Source: an uncultured Phycisphaerales bacterium (GTDB lineage: Bacteria > Planctomycetota > Phycisphaerae > Tepidisphaerales > Tepidisphaeraceae). From it: a DNA stretch of 64,000 nucleotides. The notes under the pieces were generated by a model that worked only from the letters and a program-made list of their open reading frames with translations, searched no databases and had not been told where the DNA came from. Positions 63,303 to 64,000 of this stretch are shown piece after piece. Within the stretch, counting starts at the first letter, position 1, and each line of letters starts with the position of its first letter. The stretch is taken from positions 4,768,001 through 4,832,000 of the forward strand of contig CAVWLP010000002.1 of assembly GCA_963755915.1 (NCBI GenBank), read 5' to 3'. The position numbers and the translations under genes are program-made.

Positions 63303-63707
63303 TCAAAATGGGAATTGTCTATCAAACGTGTGGACGTCGCGTCTGAGGCGTATACATACCGCACGAATCAGGCAGTCACCCAATTGGCGCGACGATTGAT
63401 CGCGACGAACGCGCACCGCAATGCGTTTCGCTTCTTCCCAGTCTTCCGGCACTATCCTTCCCTCGTCGAGGATCGTGAATTCATCCAGGTAATCTCGCGC
63501 TATGGCAACTCCCGCCGCACCTTGCGGGCCACATAAATATTCCACATAAATGGGCGAGAGGATTTCGTCGGTGCGTGTGAGTTCAATCAAGCGGCGGGCG
63601 CATTGTATCGCCTGGCGTTTGCCAATTTGTGTGACGTCAGCCGCTTTGAAATAAGCCTTCCAATGGTTGATCAGAACATTGGTGTCGAGGACGCGGCGGC
63701 GGCTCAT
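63303..63707 (-). CDS. PIN domain (VapC-like) protein
   Basis: VLDTNVLI, E-YL-G, DCLI, TFD-x2-F. Confidence 0.85.
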   Translation of the reverse strand: MSRRRVLDTNVLINHWKAYFKAADVTQIGKRQAIQCARRLIELTRTDEILSPIYVEYLCGPQGAAGVAIARDYLDEFTILDEGRIVPEDWEEAKRIAVRVRRDQSSRQLGDCLIRAVCIRLRRDVHTFDRQFPF

Positions 63708-64000
63708 GACACTTCTTGGGGTGCGGCAAGTCCACTCACGTAGTCATCCCATTTCTCCGCGATGTTCCCAAGTATCGAAGCCAAATTGCGCGCCTCCATT
63801 CGGCGGACCGCGGAACACGACACGCGAACTTTAACTCCTCGTACCGCTTTCTCGATGTAAACCGGCCATTGGTTATGGTCCTTGCCCGCGCAACTTTTCC
63901 GCCAGCGATTCGATCAGGGCTGCGATCTCTTTTTTATGATCCCCCAGCCACTGCCTGGCCTCTTCGCAATCCGCGGGAAGTTGGCGACCCTGGCAATCGA
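63704..64000 (-). CDS. Partial hypothetical protein coupled to the PIN gene (possible antitoxin partner)
   Basis: ...VYIEKAVRGVKVRVS...EKWDDYVSGLAAPQEVS*; ATGA overlap with the PIN start. Confidence 0.45.

Overview
GC-rich bacterial chromosome segment, most likely from a Planctomycetota (Phycisphaerae-like) organism. This is inferred from the PEP-CTERM/dockerin protein, a conserved planctomycete-type small protein and the repeat families. Many single-base frameshifts in conserved genes point to an uncorrected long-read assembly. From left to right the window holds: the start of a Flp/Tad pilus locus; an IS4 element; a PEP-CTERM protein with near-perfect 735-bp repeats; an IS5 element; housekeeping and catabolic genes; a non-canonical kdp locus (17.7-31.5 kb); glycan enzymes; rex; a toxin-antitoxin pair; trxA; an accessory islet (IS21-split HEPN-like gene, DUF6338-like gene with two paralogous micro-peptides); cimA with an Ile-codon attenuator; purA; hpt; a GH42 enzyme; and a PIN toxin. 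The best candidate for an undescribed system is the kdp locus. It has two KdpA paralogs sharing one KdpB/KdpC, and the second has all four selectivity-filter motifs rewritten. KdpC is enlarged. There is no KdpE; instead there is a sigma54 activator/kinase pair, two REC-TPR proteins and a kinase-less KdpD-Usp protein apparently fused to a PTS EIIA domain.
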